Notes under the pieces: model-generated
Seen by the model: only the letters and a program-made list of their open reading frames with translations
The model's database searches: none
What the model was told of the DNA's origin: nothing
Program-made: the position numbers and the translations under genes
NCBI GenBank assembly: GCA_964016885.1
Contig: OZ024743.1
Location: 212,350,001 to 212,414,000 of the forward strand
Length of the DNA: 64,000 nt
Origin: Eledone cirrhosa
Taxonomy: Eukaryota
Direction of reading: 5' to 3'
Part shown: positions 10,861-24,934 of the stretch, in pieces
Layout of the letters: every line of letters begins with the position of its first letter
Position numbering within the stretch: position 1 is the first letter of the stretch

Positions 10861-13800
10861 ATTAAATACTGAACATATTATATACTGAACATGTTAAATA
10901 TTGGAAATATTATATACTGGACATATTATATACTGAACATGTTAAATATTGGAAATATTATATACTGGACATATTAAATACTGGACATATTATATACTGA
11001 ACATATTATATACTGAACATGTTAAATATTGGAAATATTATATACTGGACATATTAAATACTGGACATATTATATACTGGGCATATTAATTACTGGGCAT
11101 ATTAATTACTGGGCATATTAATTACTGGACATATTATATACTGGACATATTATATACTGGGCATGTTAAATATTGGAAATATTATATACTGGACATATTA
11201 TATACTGAACATGTTAAATATTGGAAATATTATATACTGGACATATTATATACTGGACATATTATATACTGGACATATAGATGTAGGTGAGCTTGCCCTC
11301 ACAAGTGCTGAGAAGAAAGATGCATGGAAGAGTCATTATGATAGATTACTAAATGAGGAGAATGCATGGGAAGAAGAGACCCTACCCCACGTAGACCCTA
11401 TAGAGGGACCAGCAGTACAAGTCAGCGGCAGCGTAGTAAGTAAGGCAATCAGAGATATGAAGATAGGGAAGGCAACCGGTCCATCGGGTATAGCTGCCGA
11501 GATGCTGAAGGCATCTGGGTCTGTAGGTCACACTATAACCACACGTATCGTTAACCAGGTAATACTAGAGGGGGCCATACCAAAAGATTGGTGCAGTAGC
11601 ATCATTGTCAACTGCTACAAAGGTAAAGGCGATGCACTAGATAGAGGAAACTATAGAGGTATAAAGTTGATGGACCAGGTCATGAAAGTAACAGAAAGAG
11701 TTATAGCACAGCTGATTAGGGACCGGGTGAATATAGACGAGATGCAATTTGGGTTTGTACCAGGGAAAGGCACCACTGATGCGCTCTTCCTTGTGAGGCA
11801 ATTACAGGAAAAGTACCTAGCTAAAAGTAAGCCACTCTACTTGGCATTTGTCGACCTTGAGAAAGCCTTTGACAGAGTTCCACGTGCAGTAATCTGGTGG
11901 GCTCTTAGAAAACTAGGAGTAGATGAATGGCTTGTGAAAGCGGTACAAGCCATGTATAGGGGAGCAGTCAGCAAAGTTAGGATTGGCAATGAGTATAGCG
12001 AGGAATTTAGCGTACAGGTTGGGGTCCACCAGAGCTCTGTTCTTAGCCCTCTCCTGTTCATCATAGTCCTGCAGGCAATAACGGAGGAGTTTAAGACCGG
12101 ATGCCCATGGGAACTCCTGTATGCTGATGACCTCGCACTCATAGCTGAATCTATGGTAGAACTAGAGAATAAATTCCAAACCTGGAAGCAGGGACTAGAG
12201 AGAAAGGGCCTCAAAGTCAACATGACAAAGACTAAGGTCCTTATAAGTAGACGAGAAAACAGAACCCAGATCCCCTCAGGGAAATGGCCTTGCTCAGTAT
12301 GTAGGAAAGGTGTAGGTAGGAACTCCATTCTTTGCCCCAAATGCAAACAATGGGTACACAAGAGATGTAGCGGGATCTCAGGAAGCTTAATTAAGAATGT
12401 AGGATTCACATGCAGCAGCTGTGCTGAAACAGCAAGCAAACAGCCACAGGAAACAAGTACCACCAATCTCTGGGAGGGCCCTGTAGAAACAGTAGACAGC
12501 TTCTGCTACCTAGGTGACCGAATCAGCAACGGAGGTGGGTGCTCAGAAAGTACAATAACTAGGGTAAGAACGGGATGGAAGAAGTTTAGGGAACTACTAC
12601 CACTGCTAGCTGCAAAAGGCTTCTCCCTCAGAATGAAAGGCAGACTGTATGATGCGTGTATCCGAACAGCGATGTTGCATGGTAGTGAGACCTGGGCGCT
12701 GAAGGTGGAAGACTTACGTAGATTAGAGAGAAACGAAGCCTGCATGCTCCGATGGATGTGTAACAGTAATATACGTGAACGACAAAGCATAAATGAATTG
12801 AGAGAGAGACTGAGCATAAGAGGAATCAAATGCTGCGTGCAGGAGAGGCGGTTACGCTGGTATGGACATGTGATGCGTATGAAGGATGACAGCTGCATAA
12901 AAAGGTGCAGAGCACTAGAAGTTGATGGAAACCGCGGAGTGGGGAGACCCAAGATGACTTCGGATGAGGTGATAAAAGCCGACCTTACCCAACTACACCT
13001 CTCAAAGTCAATGACACACGACCGTGACTTCTGGCGTCACGCAGTAATACAGGGTACCCGACCTCCCATGGGTACATGCTGAAGCATATAAACAATATGC
13101 CCCCCCCCCCCCACCGCAAGGTGGTCGTGGAGGTGCCACGGCAAAAAAGCACCCAGCCCACACTGTAAAGTGGACGTGTAGGCGCCACGAAAAAGCACCC
13201 AGCACTCACTGTAAATGAGGTTGGTGTTAGGAAGGGCATCCAGCTGTAGAAATCAAGCCAGATCAGTTCCTGTATGAGCAAGGCATGGTCAGCCGACCAG
13301 ACACTGCCCACAACAGGACAACCCGTCTAACCCATGCTAGCGTGGAAGAACGGACGTAAAACGGTGATGATGATGATTATATACTGGGCATATTATATAC
13401 TGGACATATTATATACTGGACATATTATATACTGGACATGTTAAATATTGGAAATATTATATACTGGACATATTATATACTGGACATATTATATACTGGA
13501 CATATTATATACTGGGCATATTATATACTGGACATATTATATACTGGACATATTATATACTGGACATGTTAAATATTGGAAATATTATATACTGGACATA
13601 TTATATACTGAACATGTTAAATATTGGAAATATTATACTGGACATATTATATACTGGACATATTATATACTGGACATATTATATACTGGACATATTATAT
13701 ACTGGACATATTATATACTGGACATATTATATACTGGACATGTTAAATATTGGAAATATTATATACTGGACATATTATATACTGGACATATTATATACTG

Positions 13801-16800
13801 GAAATATTATATACTGGGCATATTATATACTGGACATATTAAATACTGGACATATTATATACTGGGCATATTATATACTGGACATATTATATACTGGGCA
13901 TATTAAATACTGGACATATTATATACTGGACATATTAAATACTGGACATATTATATACTGGACATATTAAATACTGGGCATATTAAATACTGGGCATATT
14001 ATATACTGGACATATTAAATACTGGGCATATTAAATACTGGACATATTATATACTGGACATATTATATACTGGGCATATTATATACTGGACATATCAAAT
14101 ACTGGACATATTATATACTGGGCATATTATATACTGGACATATTATATACTGGGCATATTAAATACTGGACATATTATATACTGGACATATTATATACTG
14201 GACATATTAAATATTGGACATATTAAATACTGGACATATTATATACTGGGCATATTATATACTGGGCATATTATATACTGGGCATATTATATACTGGGCA
14301 TATTATATACTGGGCATATTATATACTGGGCATATTATATACTGGGCATATTATATACTGGGCATATTAAATACTGGACATATTATATACTGGACATATT
14401 AAATACTGGACATATTATATACTGGGCATATTAAATACTGGACATATTATATACTGGACATATTAAATACTGGACATATTATATACTGGGCATATTATAT
14501 ACTGGACATATTATATACTGGAAATATTATATACTGGACATATTATATACTGGAAATATTATATACTGGGCATATTATATACTGGACATATTATATACTG
14601 GACATATTATATACTGGACATATTATATACTGGACATATTATATACTGAACATATTATATACTGGGCATATTAAATACTGGACATATTATATACTGGACA
14701 TATTATATACTGGGCATATTATATACTGGACATATTATATACTGGGCATATTAAATACTGGACATATTATATACTGGACATATTATATACTGGGCATATT
14801 ATATACTGGGCATATTAATTACTGGGCATATTATATACTGGACATATTATATACTGGACATATTATATACTGGGCATATTATATACTGGACATATTATAT
14901 ACTGGGCATATTATATACTGGACATATTATATACTGGACATATTATATACTGAACATGTTAAATACTGGGCATATTATATACTGGACATATTATATACTG
15001 GACATGTTAAATATTGGACATATTATATACTGGGCATATTAATTACTGGGCATATTAATTACTGGGCATATTAATTACTGGGCATATTATATACTGGACA
15101 TATTATATACTGGACATATTATATACTGGACATATTAAATACTGGACATATTATATACTGGACATATTATATACTGGACATATTATATACTGGGCATATT
15201 ATATACTGGGCATATTATATACTGGACATATTATATACTGGACATATTATATACTGGACATATTATATACTGGGCATATTATATACTGGACATATTATAT
15301 ACTGGACATATTATATACTGGACATATTATATACTGGGCATATTATATACTGGACATATTATATACTGGACATATTATATACTGGGCATATTATATACTG
15401 GGCATATTATATACTGGGCATATTAAATATTGGACATATTATATACTGGGCATATTAAATACTGGGCATATTAAATACTGGGCATATTATATACTGGGCA
15501 TATTAATTACTGGGCATATTAATTACTGGGCATATTATATACTGGACATATTATATACTGGACATATTATATACTGGACATATTATATACTGGACATATT
15601 AAATACTGGGCATATTATATACTGGGCATATTATATACTGGGCATATTAAATATTGGACATATTATATACTGGGCATATTAAATACTGGACATATTATAT
15701 ACTGGACATATTATATACTGGGCATATTATATACTGGGCATATTATATACTGGGCATATTAAATACTGGACATATTATATACTGGACATATTAAATACTG
15801 GGCATATTATATACTGGGCATATTAAATATTGGACATATTATATACTGGGCATATTAAATACTGGGCATATTATATACTGGGCATATTATATACTGGGCA
15901 TATTAAATACTGGACATATTAAATATTGGAAATATTATATACTGGGCATATTAAATACTGGACATATTATATACTGGGCATATTATATACTGGGCATATT
16001 AAATACTGGGCATATTATATACTGGACATATTAAATACTGGGCATATTATATACTGGACATATTATATACTGGACATATTATATACTGGGCATATTATAT
16101 ACTGGACATATTATATACTGGGCATATTAAATACTGGGCATATTATATACTGGGCATATTAAATACTGGGCATATTAAATACTGGGCATATTATATACTG
16201 GGCATATTAAATACTGGGCATATTAATTACTGGGCATATTAATTACTGGGCATATTATATACTGGACATATTATATATTGGAAATATTATATACTGGACA
16301 TATTATATACTGGACATATTATATACTGGACATATTAATTACTGGACATATTATATACTGGACATATTATATATTGGACATATTATATACTGGGCATATT
16401 ATATACTGGGCATATTATATACTGGACATATTAAATACTGGGCATATTATATACTGGACATATTATATACTGGACATATTATATACTGGGCATATTAAAT
16501 ATTGGAAATATTATATACTGGACATATTATATACTGGACATATTATATACTGGGCATATTATATACTGGACATATTATATACTGGGCATATTATATACTG
16601 GGCATATTAATTACTGGACATATTATATACTGGACATATTATATACTGGACATATTAAATACTGGACATATTATATACTGGGCATATTATATACTGGACA
16701 TATTAAATACTGGACATATTATATACTGGGCATATTATATACTGGACATATTATATACTGGGCATATTATATACTGGGCATATTATATACTGGACATATT

Positions 16801-17493
16801 ATATACTGGACATATTATATACTGGACATATTATATACTGGACATATTATATACTGGAAATATTATATACTGGACATATTATATACTGGACATATTATAT
16901 ACTGGAAATATTATATACTGGACATATTATATACTGGACATATTATATACTGGACATATTATATACTGGACATATTATATACTGGGCATATTAAATACTG
17001 GACATATTATATACTGGACATATTATATACTGGGCATATTATATACTGGGCATATTATATACTGGACATATTATATATTGGAAATATTATATACTGGACA
17101 TATTAATTACTGGACATATTATATACTGGGCATATTAATTACTGGACATATTATATACTGGGCATATTATATACTGGGCATATTATATACTGGACATATT
17201 ATATATTGGAAATATTATATACTGGACATATTATATACTGGGCATATTATATACTGGACATATTATATACTGGACATATTATATACTGGGCATATTAATT
17301 ACTGGACATATTATATACTGGACATATTATATACTGGACATATTATATACTGGGCATATTAAATACTGGACATATTATATACTGGACATATTATATACTG
17401 GACATATTATATACTGGGCATATTATATACTGGGCATATTATATACTGGGCATATTATATACTGGACATATTATATACTGGGCATATTAAATA
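10861..17493. repeat. 16-bp satellite array (CATATTATATACTGGA/G and variants), ~280 units, split by an RTE at 11279-13377
   Basis: Continuous 16-bp period over 10861-11278 and 13378-17493. Confidence 0.98.
11279..13377 (+). mobile_element. 5'-truncated RTE LINE, subfamily B, with uninterrupted RT-PHD ORF, inserted in satellite
   Basis: ORF 11163-13082 has all RT motifs (QGS read as QSS); 3' UTR and (GAT)n tail; flanks rejoin as CATAT|TATATACTGG. Confidence 0.96.
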
Positions 17494-17740
17494 AAGATGA
17501 AAAACTGGGATAAAAGGAAAGCTATAAGAGAAGCAATAAGATGATGTAGGATAGGGGAGATAAGCTGGAAGCCAGAAGGTGAAGATGGGCAATAATTTGG
17601 CCTCAACTGCTAACCCACCAGCAAGGGGGTGTGTCAGTTAAGGGTCGAAACACCCAATGAATGTTGGACACTGTCTGATGACATCAACACATCCTGGCTA
17701 AGGCTATGTTCACCGAAAGTGAATAAATGTGAGACATTTT
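17494..17740 (+). mobile_element. Possible Penelope-like 3' remnant with degenerate hammerhead-like motif
   Basis: NWDKRKAIREAI resembles a GIY-YIG C-terminal helix; TGT-CTGATGA (17675-17681)...GAAA...AGACA follows. Confidence 0.35.
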
Positions 17741-18286
17741 CTTGATGATGTAATTATGTGTATTGATTCAGTAAATATCACTTATCAATAGTACTGTCTT
17801 AACTCCACTTTATCACATACTCTATATTAAAACACTTTGCCAAACTTTTCTGCCTTAGAATTAACATCTGCTTCGAAATTCAGTGATCCTTTACAACTAT
17901 CAACTCGGCAATGATTTCATTCAAAATATTATCTCAACTATCATCAACAGATATCACCTAACAAGGGATTCTCTATTGCATCACTCAACCTACTAGAAAT
18001 AGAAGTTATATATATATATCCGTCACTTCACCATACCCCACATTATTGTTTTTACATCTACTTTTCCATGCTGGCATGGTCTGTATGGGATTTTTGAGAC
18101 AGTGTTTTACTGCTGGATGACCTTTGTAACACCAAACACTTTTACTTATCTCTTATTACATGCAGATATATGGTCTATCTATTCTACTGCACAAAATAAA
18201 GATGGAATGGTCATAGATGGAAAGCCTTTGATCATATGTTTTTTTTCATTTAAAGCTATCCTGAGTCTAAATAGCAATATAGCTAT

Positions 18287-18502
18287 TTAACCCTTTAGCA
18301 TTTACATTACTCTATATTTACTATTATATTTTCATGATAAAGGCTTTACTTGATATAATATTGAATCTATGAGATTTTGATATTATTTATTTTGAGAACA
18401 AAACCTTAAAATCAGTATGAGTGGCCAGTTACAGCCGGTTTGAACAGAGAGAGGTGAGAGAATTCTGATTGGATATGGCCAGTTTAAATGCTAAAGGGTT
18501 AA
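18287..18502. mobile_element. piggyBac-type MITE
   Basis: TTAA-CCCTTTAGCATTTA ... TAAATGCTAAAGGG-TTAA; further copy at 23037-23262. Confidence 0.8.
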
Positions 18503-18556
18503 ATTTCGGTGGTCTTGAAACATTTATCTAATTTAATATCTTTGTTTTGTTGTCTT

Positions 18557-18748
18557 ACTGTATATACTCAAATATAAGCTGACCCCACATCTTATGTCTG
18601 AGAAATGGACAAAAATCCAAACCTTTTTACGTAGAATTTTATGCTTGTAAAAATCGTTAAAATATTGACCCCGAATATAAGCTGAACCCCTTCCACCATC
18701 GATCTTTTCGTCAAATATTCCTTGGCTTATATTTGAGTATATAGAGTA
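18557..18748. mobile_element. pogo/Tigger-type MITE
   Basis: TIRs CTGTATATACTCAAATATAAGC / GCTTATATTTGAGTATATA with TA flanks; copies at 21883-22071, 23937-24133 and ~27665-27848, partial at ~40140-40271 and ~31080-31576. Confidence 0.75.
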
Positions 18749-19492
18749 ATTTACATCACTAACTCTTTATTATGGTTATTTGCTATAATGACAAATCAAC
18801 CTAAATTAGGAAACAATCATTATTAGCAAAGGAATCTATTTGCCCTCTCTAACAATGCTTCTAATTTCTAGCAGGTGACCCCCCCCCCCCTCACCAAACT
18901 ATTTTATGCTACAGGAAGATTAGAAAGGAACTAATACGATGTGTTTGAAGAGTGAGTCAAAAGTAACAAAAATACCCCCCCCCCTCCACACTGCTCTTTA
19001 AGTTGATTGACTTATTTCCCCTCGCAAAGCCATATGATCAATTTACAAAACAAGCAGTTTATTCCTGAAGCAAATTTTAAAGGAAATTTGCTATAAAATT
19101 TGAGAGCATCATTGATACTAGATCTGCTATACTTATTTATAAAAGACATAATTTATATGTGACCAGTATTACTTTTGTTTGCATTTTAAATAATTTTTGA
19201 ACTACTGTTGTGTGTGTGTGTGTGTGTATATATATGATGATGACACAAGAAAAAGCACCCAGTCCACACTGTAAGGTAGTTGTGCTGGTGACATGACAAA
19301 AAGCACTCAGTTCACACTGTAACGTGGTTGGTGTTAGGAAGGGCATTCAATTGTAGAAACCAACCCAAAATACAAATCGATATGAGCATGACGTGATCTT
19401 TGGACCTGAGTTGTCTAACCCATGCAACTGTGGAAAATGGATGTTAAACGATGATGATGATGAGAGAGAAAAATAGATATCTGATAACATAC

Positions 19493-19677
19493 CTGACATA
19501 TTTATCAACTGGAGGTACATCGGGAAATTCCACACTCATTCCAGTTGAAAAATATAATCCTTTTCGTTTTCCCCATTTTCTTACTACAACAAAATCTCGA
19601 CTTTTCACCAAACCCTTGGCACCAGGAGCAGCAACATAGTAGGATATATCACAGTTCTCACTGAGGGATTTGACTAA
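19493..19677 (-). CDS. STARD3: STARD3 exon (LVKSLSENCDISYYVAAPGAKGLVKSRDFVVVRKWGKRKGLYFSTGMSVEFPDVPPVDKYV-R)
   Basis: TACAG acceptor, AG|GTATG donor, 185 bp phase 0-2; START motifs SRDFV and PP..KYVR. Confidence 0.95.
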
Positions 19678-20388
19678 CTGTAATTGAGACAGAGTTATGA
19701 TTAAAATTAATAATCAGACAGAGGAATCCAAAGTGATGTTCAAGAGAGAAGACAGTTGTAGCACATGTGATGTGCACGGATAATGATCGCTGAGTGAAGA
19801 AGTATCAGGAAATCCCAGTGCAAGCAGTAGAGGTAGACCAAGGAAGACTTGGGTAGAGGTGATGAGAGCTGATCTCAAATCACTGATACTCACAGAGGAG
19901 ATGATGAAATAACACAGCAAGTGGAGAGATGCTGTGCTGAAAAGGACCTATCCAACATATGCAAGTGTGGAAAAACATGTAAAAATACTGATGATTGACA
20001 TGACAAAGGATAAAGCAAGTTTCAAATATGATTATCAGCTTATGTATGGTATTTAGATTGGAACGTTAACTTGGACTGTTAATTTAGACAAAAATATCAG
20101 TATTGGAAGATATAAGTTAGTTTGATATTTATACATGAATTGATGAAATAATAATTTTATAAACAAATATCCTTTCTGCTGCTAGTATAGTAATTATCAG
20201 TTTGAGATAAGTAGAAAGAAAGTAACTTCTCAAGAAGCACAAAAAATGGCTGTAGTAAGAATTTGCTTGTGTATCTAATACAGGGTTGCATGATAGGAAG
20301 ACAAGAGTATTGAATCTTGAAAGAAATAATGTGAGTATGCTCTGCTGGATATGCAATGTACATGATATATAATAATAATAATAATAAT

Positions 20389-20720
20389 GAAATTATTGTG
20401 TAAAGTGCTCAGGTGCACTACAACTCGTCAAAGGTGCATGTATAGTACATAGAATAATATACAAATGTCAGGGAATGAATAGTGTATGAGTCATGATATA
20501 CATGTGTGTATGTGTATGGAGGGGAACATTAGGTGTAGTGTTGGCGAATCTTGGGAAGCTTGGAGGTTTTAAAGGATGCAGTGTCTCGACAGCTAACAAC
20601 CGATGCAGGTAGTTTGTTCCATGCTTCAGCAACTCTGAGCGTGAAAAAATGTTTCCGAAAGTCATGGGAACTGTGGTGTTTTCTGACTTTGTGGGTATGC
20701 ACACGTGTGTTAGACATATG
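20389..20720 (-). mobile_element. CR1/L2-group LINE 3' end nested in an old RTE fragment
   Basis: HFFTLRVAEAWNKLPASVV...SFK C-terminal motif and (ATT)n tail; RTE remnants on both sides. Confidence 0.75.
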
Positions 20721-21108
20721 GAAATCAAAAAGGTGATAAGTATGTACATGAACAGCAAAGCACAGATGATTTGAAAGATAAATTGGGTATAAGTAAAGTC
20801 AGATGTTACATGCAAGAGTGAAGACTATGTTGGTATGGACATGTAATGCATATGGATGATAACAGTTGGATAAAGATGAGCCAGGAGTTTCAAGTGGAAG
20901 AGAGCCATGGAAGGACAAGGAAGAAATGGGTAGAAGTGGTGAAAACTATCTCATAATGCTGGCCTCACAAAGGAGATGACTAAGGAATATAATAAATGGC
21001 AAGGTATTGTCTGGGAGAGGACCTGTCCAACCCATGCAACTATGGAAGAGTAGACATAAAAATGGTGGTGATGATGATGATAAAGCATGTTATAAATATA
21101 TGACTCAC

Positions 21109-21204
21109 CTTACTATTTAATATTGTTGGATTCCACATTGCTAAATCTTCACTTTTGTAAACCAAATCTTCCCATAATTCTAGTGCACTTATGTTTAGTA
21201 CAGC
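21109..21204 (-). CDS. STARD3: STARD3 exon (AVLNISALELWEDLVYKSEDLAMWNPTILNSK)
   Basis: AAG acceptor after a pyrimidine tract, AAG|GTGAG donor, 96 bp; START WN motif. Confidence 0.9.
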
Positions 21205-21407
21205 CTTAGTGAGAAACAAACAAATGTATTTAATTGTATTGAACAGAAATCATATTCCATGTTTTCCACACTATCATATATTAAATGGTTATTAAAAACT
21301 AAATAATTTTCATATTAAAGCTAACGTTTTTCTAGTTATAAGCCATCATATTATTATTTGGCAACCCCAGTCAAGAAAAACCTCACAACTCCTTTACTTT
21401 TCTCATG

Positions 21408-21598
21408 ACTCCAATCCAGGCCTTCTCAATCCTGTTGGAGGAATCCCTCCCTGATTGACATCCACTAATTTCTGTTTGGTTTTGGTCATGTCAGGGGTGT
21501 AGTTGTACTTACCAAGCTTGGCCAACTGTGGGTTACTGAGGCTATTTAACCCATAGTTGAGATGGATGGCCATTGACTCTGAGGAGTTCATCTGCCCT
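21408..21598 (-). repeat. Inverted partner of the repeat at 10534-10730
   Basis: Manual alignment to 10534-10730. Confidence 0.9.
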
Positions 21599-22247
21599 TT
21601 TCTTATTGAAAGAAGACACAATTACATATTAGCTAGATATACTTCTTACTAAAACAACATAGTTTTAAAGTGAAAGTGGTATCTGTTCTTAGAGTAATGT
21701 GTTATTGATTAATAGCATGGTATAATGTATTTTAAAGTAGTCCTCAGTAATTTAGTACCTTAATTCCTGATGCCTTTCAATTAATATTGAAAATAATCAA
21801 GAATTTAGAGGGATTAGTAACATAAATAACTTTCTCAATATCAAACTTGTGTTTGGAACATAGCTTAAAACTTTTTTTATATACTGTATATACTTGAAAA
21901 TAAACCGATCCCACTATTTTATGTCTGAGAAATGGTCAAAAATTCAAAACTTATTTTCATAGAATTTGAAGTCGGTGAAAATCATCAAAATATTGACCCC
22001 AAATATAACCCCCCATACCATTTATTTTTTTTGTCACATATTCCTCGGTTTATATTTGAGTATATATGGTAAATTATGATGGAACGGTTCTAGATAAATA
22101 TAAACAATTTTAAAAAAACAGTTATGTATCAAAGAACCAAAGCAGTTTCTGGTGGTTTTTTATCAAAAGGGTTAACTGCACAATTTCTATATCTCTTAAT
22201 AAGCTATACATAACAAACTTTAACAGCTAAAACTATTTATAGAAGAT

Positions 22248-22665
22248 AATTGTTTCTACTATAGGCACAAGGCCAGCAAATACCCCAGTGTATTACTGGT
22301 GCTTTATTTTATCGACCCTGTAAGGATGAAAGGCAAAGTTAATCTTGATGGGATTTGAACTCAGAATGTAAAGGGCCATGACTATGCTGCAAAGCATGGT
22401 ATCTGACGCTATACTGATACTGCCAATCTACATACTATTGAAATGTGTGTGTGAACATTATTAGTCCTTTCAATAGGCGGTGAATTGGCAGTATCAGTAG
22501 AGGGTCGGACACCATGCTTTCCAGCATAGTTACGTCCCTTTACGATCTGAGTTCAAATCCCGCCGAGGTTGACTTTGCCTTTCATCCTTACGGGGTCGAT
22601 AAAATAAAGTACCAGTAATGCACTGGGTAATTGCTGGCCTTGTGCCTAAAGTAGAAACAATTATT
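22248..22665. mobile_element. Head-to-head pair of S1 SINEs (22248-22430 minus, 22476-22665 plus)
   Basis: Two near full-length copies in opposite orientation, ~45 bp apart. Confidence 0.88.
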
Positions 22666-23575
22666 AGTCCTTTCATCTGAAATCTACCACCCTCCTCATA
22701 CCCTAGTATGTCATCCACCTCTTGATCCTAGTTGACAGGATGGAGATGACATCATCCTGGAGGATGACAAGGCAGACGTGCTGGAACAGCCATTCTGGCT
22801 TGCGCCTGCAGGCAATCAACTCTGCTCCAATAGCAGAGCTAGGATGTGATCCGGGGGACAAGAATGCCAGAAGTCTCCACTGCTACAGGTTAGTTAATAT
22901 TATCGAGTATTGTTTAATGAGTCAACAAATAGTGTTTTTCAACTGTAGAATATATACTGTATTTGAAGGCTTATAAGACACATGGGGCTATAAGACACAT
23001 GGACTTATAAGACACACCTCAATTTGGGCAGGCATTTAAACCTTTAGTATTTACATTACTCTATATTTACTATTGTATTTTCACAGTAAAGGCTTTGTCT
23101 TGCATAATTATCTCACATAATATTGAATCTACGAGATTTTAATGTTATTTATTTTGAGAACAATACCATAATGTAGGATTGAGCGGCCAGTTACAGCCAG
23201 TTTGAACAGAGAAAGGTGAGAGTTCTGGCTGGATATGGCCAGTTTAAATGCTAAAAGGTTAAAAGAAAATAAACAAATGGGTTTAAACTACAAATGAAGG
23301 GTATAAAGTTTGTACATAATATTTTTATTATTATAATTCTACATCGTAATTCTAATTGTAATATTTTAGTACATTTTGAAAACATAAGTGTGAATATAAA
23401 TTTACTTTATTCTCTACATCATATTTTTTGTTGAAATATTAGGTGCATTTTTAAAACAAAAGAAACTTTAATCCAGTGTTTATGCCTACCCTTGCCTATG
23501 AGTCTTGGATAAAGACCGAAAGGATGAGATCATGAATACAAGCAGATGAATGTGGTAACCACAAGCTATCCTTAC

Positions 23576-23737
23576 CTGTAGGAAAAATATTTTATTGCCG
23601 ATATTGGATTTTTTACTTAAAACACAGCCTTCTACAGCATCTTTTCCACACTGAAATGTCCAGTTATCTTCTGATTTATATAAAGAATAAACTTGTTCCC
23701 AAGATTCTTTCCCCATTTTTATGTATGCCAAATCCAT
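23576..23737 (-). CDS. STARD3: STARD3 exon, start of START domain (MDLAYIKMGKESWEQVYSLYKSEDNWTFQCGKDAVEGCVLSKKSNIGNKIFFLQ)
   Basis: TTCCAG acceptor, CAG|GTAAG donor, 162 bp; aligns to human EYIRQGKEA...EENWKF...GKTFIL. Confidence 0.93.
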
Positions 23738-24934
23738 CTGGAAAGAAAATATTATTTTCATCATTTAAATATTAGATTTGATTTTACACATGTCAAATTT
23801 AAAGAGGTATTCAACAGTTCCACAACTACACAATAATTTTACCATATATGAAATGGATTATCTTTACTGGCCAATAATAAATTTGTCATTATCTGAAAGG
23901 AATCTATCAGGTCAATTAGCATATTTCCCCCCAAATTACTGTATATACTCAAATAAATGCTGATAAGCCACTATTTTATGTCTGAGAAATGGGCAAAAAT
24001 CCAAACCTTATTTACATAGGATTTGAAGATGGTGAAAATTGTCAAAATATAGACCCTGAATATAAACCAACTCCCTTCTACAATCGATTTTTTGGTCACA
24101 TATTCCTCTGCTTATATTTGAATATATACAGTACTCTCTCATGTACATGTCAAAACCAATTTTTCTTCCTATCTACATCATTTATTTCTTTACATGTCTT
24201 TCACAAATATGATACAACACCAGAACACTTACTTATACTTCAATATAAATCAACTCCCTATTTAAGCCGGTCCCTTATTTTATGCCTGAGAAATAAGCAA
24301 AAATTCAGACCCTGAAGCTGAAGCAGCTTTTGAAATTCTTGTGAGTAGAGAATATATTTATGAAGTTTTAATATTTTGATATTTAAAATGTTTTAAGTGT
24401 CATTTAGAGTATAATTTTTGTTTCACAACTCCATTATGTAATGATTTTTTTACCAATTTCTGACTGTTTTGAAGGCCATATTCTTTCAAAACACAAAAAA
24501 ACAATAGGAATGTCACCTCCAAAGTGAAACAGGTGAAAATATTCATCTCCAAAGTGAAAATATTTTTACTCCTCATTTATGTGGAATTTGATGAGTTGTC
24601 TTCCTAACCCCTTGTTTGGCAAACTTTTTATGACTGGATGCCCTTCCTAACAGCAACCACTTTACAGCATGTACTGGGTGCTTTTTATTGAGAGATCACC
24701 AGCACCAGGGAGGCTGTCATGTCTTTGACACAACCCTGTCAATATAAAGAAATTTAGGAAACTTCAGAATTCCTATCTAAAATTAGAATTTCTAACCAGG
24801 TTTGTATAGATTTGTATCAGATATATAACCTCTCTTCTGTGACATCATTTACAACTAAATCTAACCAGAAGCTACAGCAACAAGAGAGTTACAACAAACA
24901 AAGAGTTATAAAATTGAAAAAAATGTAAACTTAC

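Noticed and set aside
13448-17362. ORFs with TGHIIYWTYYILDILY repeats
   Set aside because: Translation of the 16-bp satellite (48 nt = 16 aa period); open in all three frames, no coding evidence.
10861-17493. Possible CRISPR-like array
   Set aside because: Contiguous tandem units with no unique spacers, no cas genes, eukaryotic context.
21403-21621. 72-aa ORF
   Set aside because: Lies in an interspersed repeat whose second copy (10534-10730) has frame-breaking indels.
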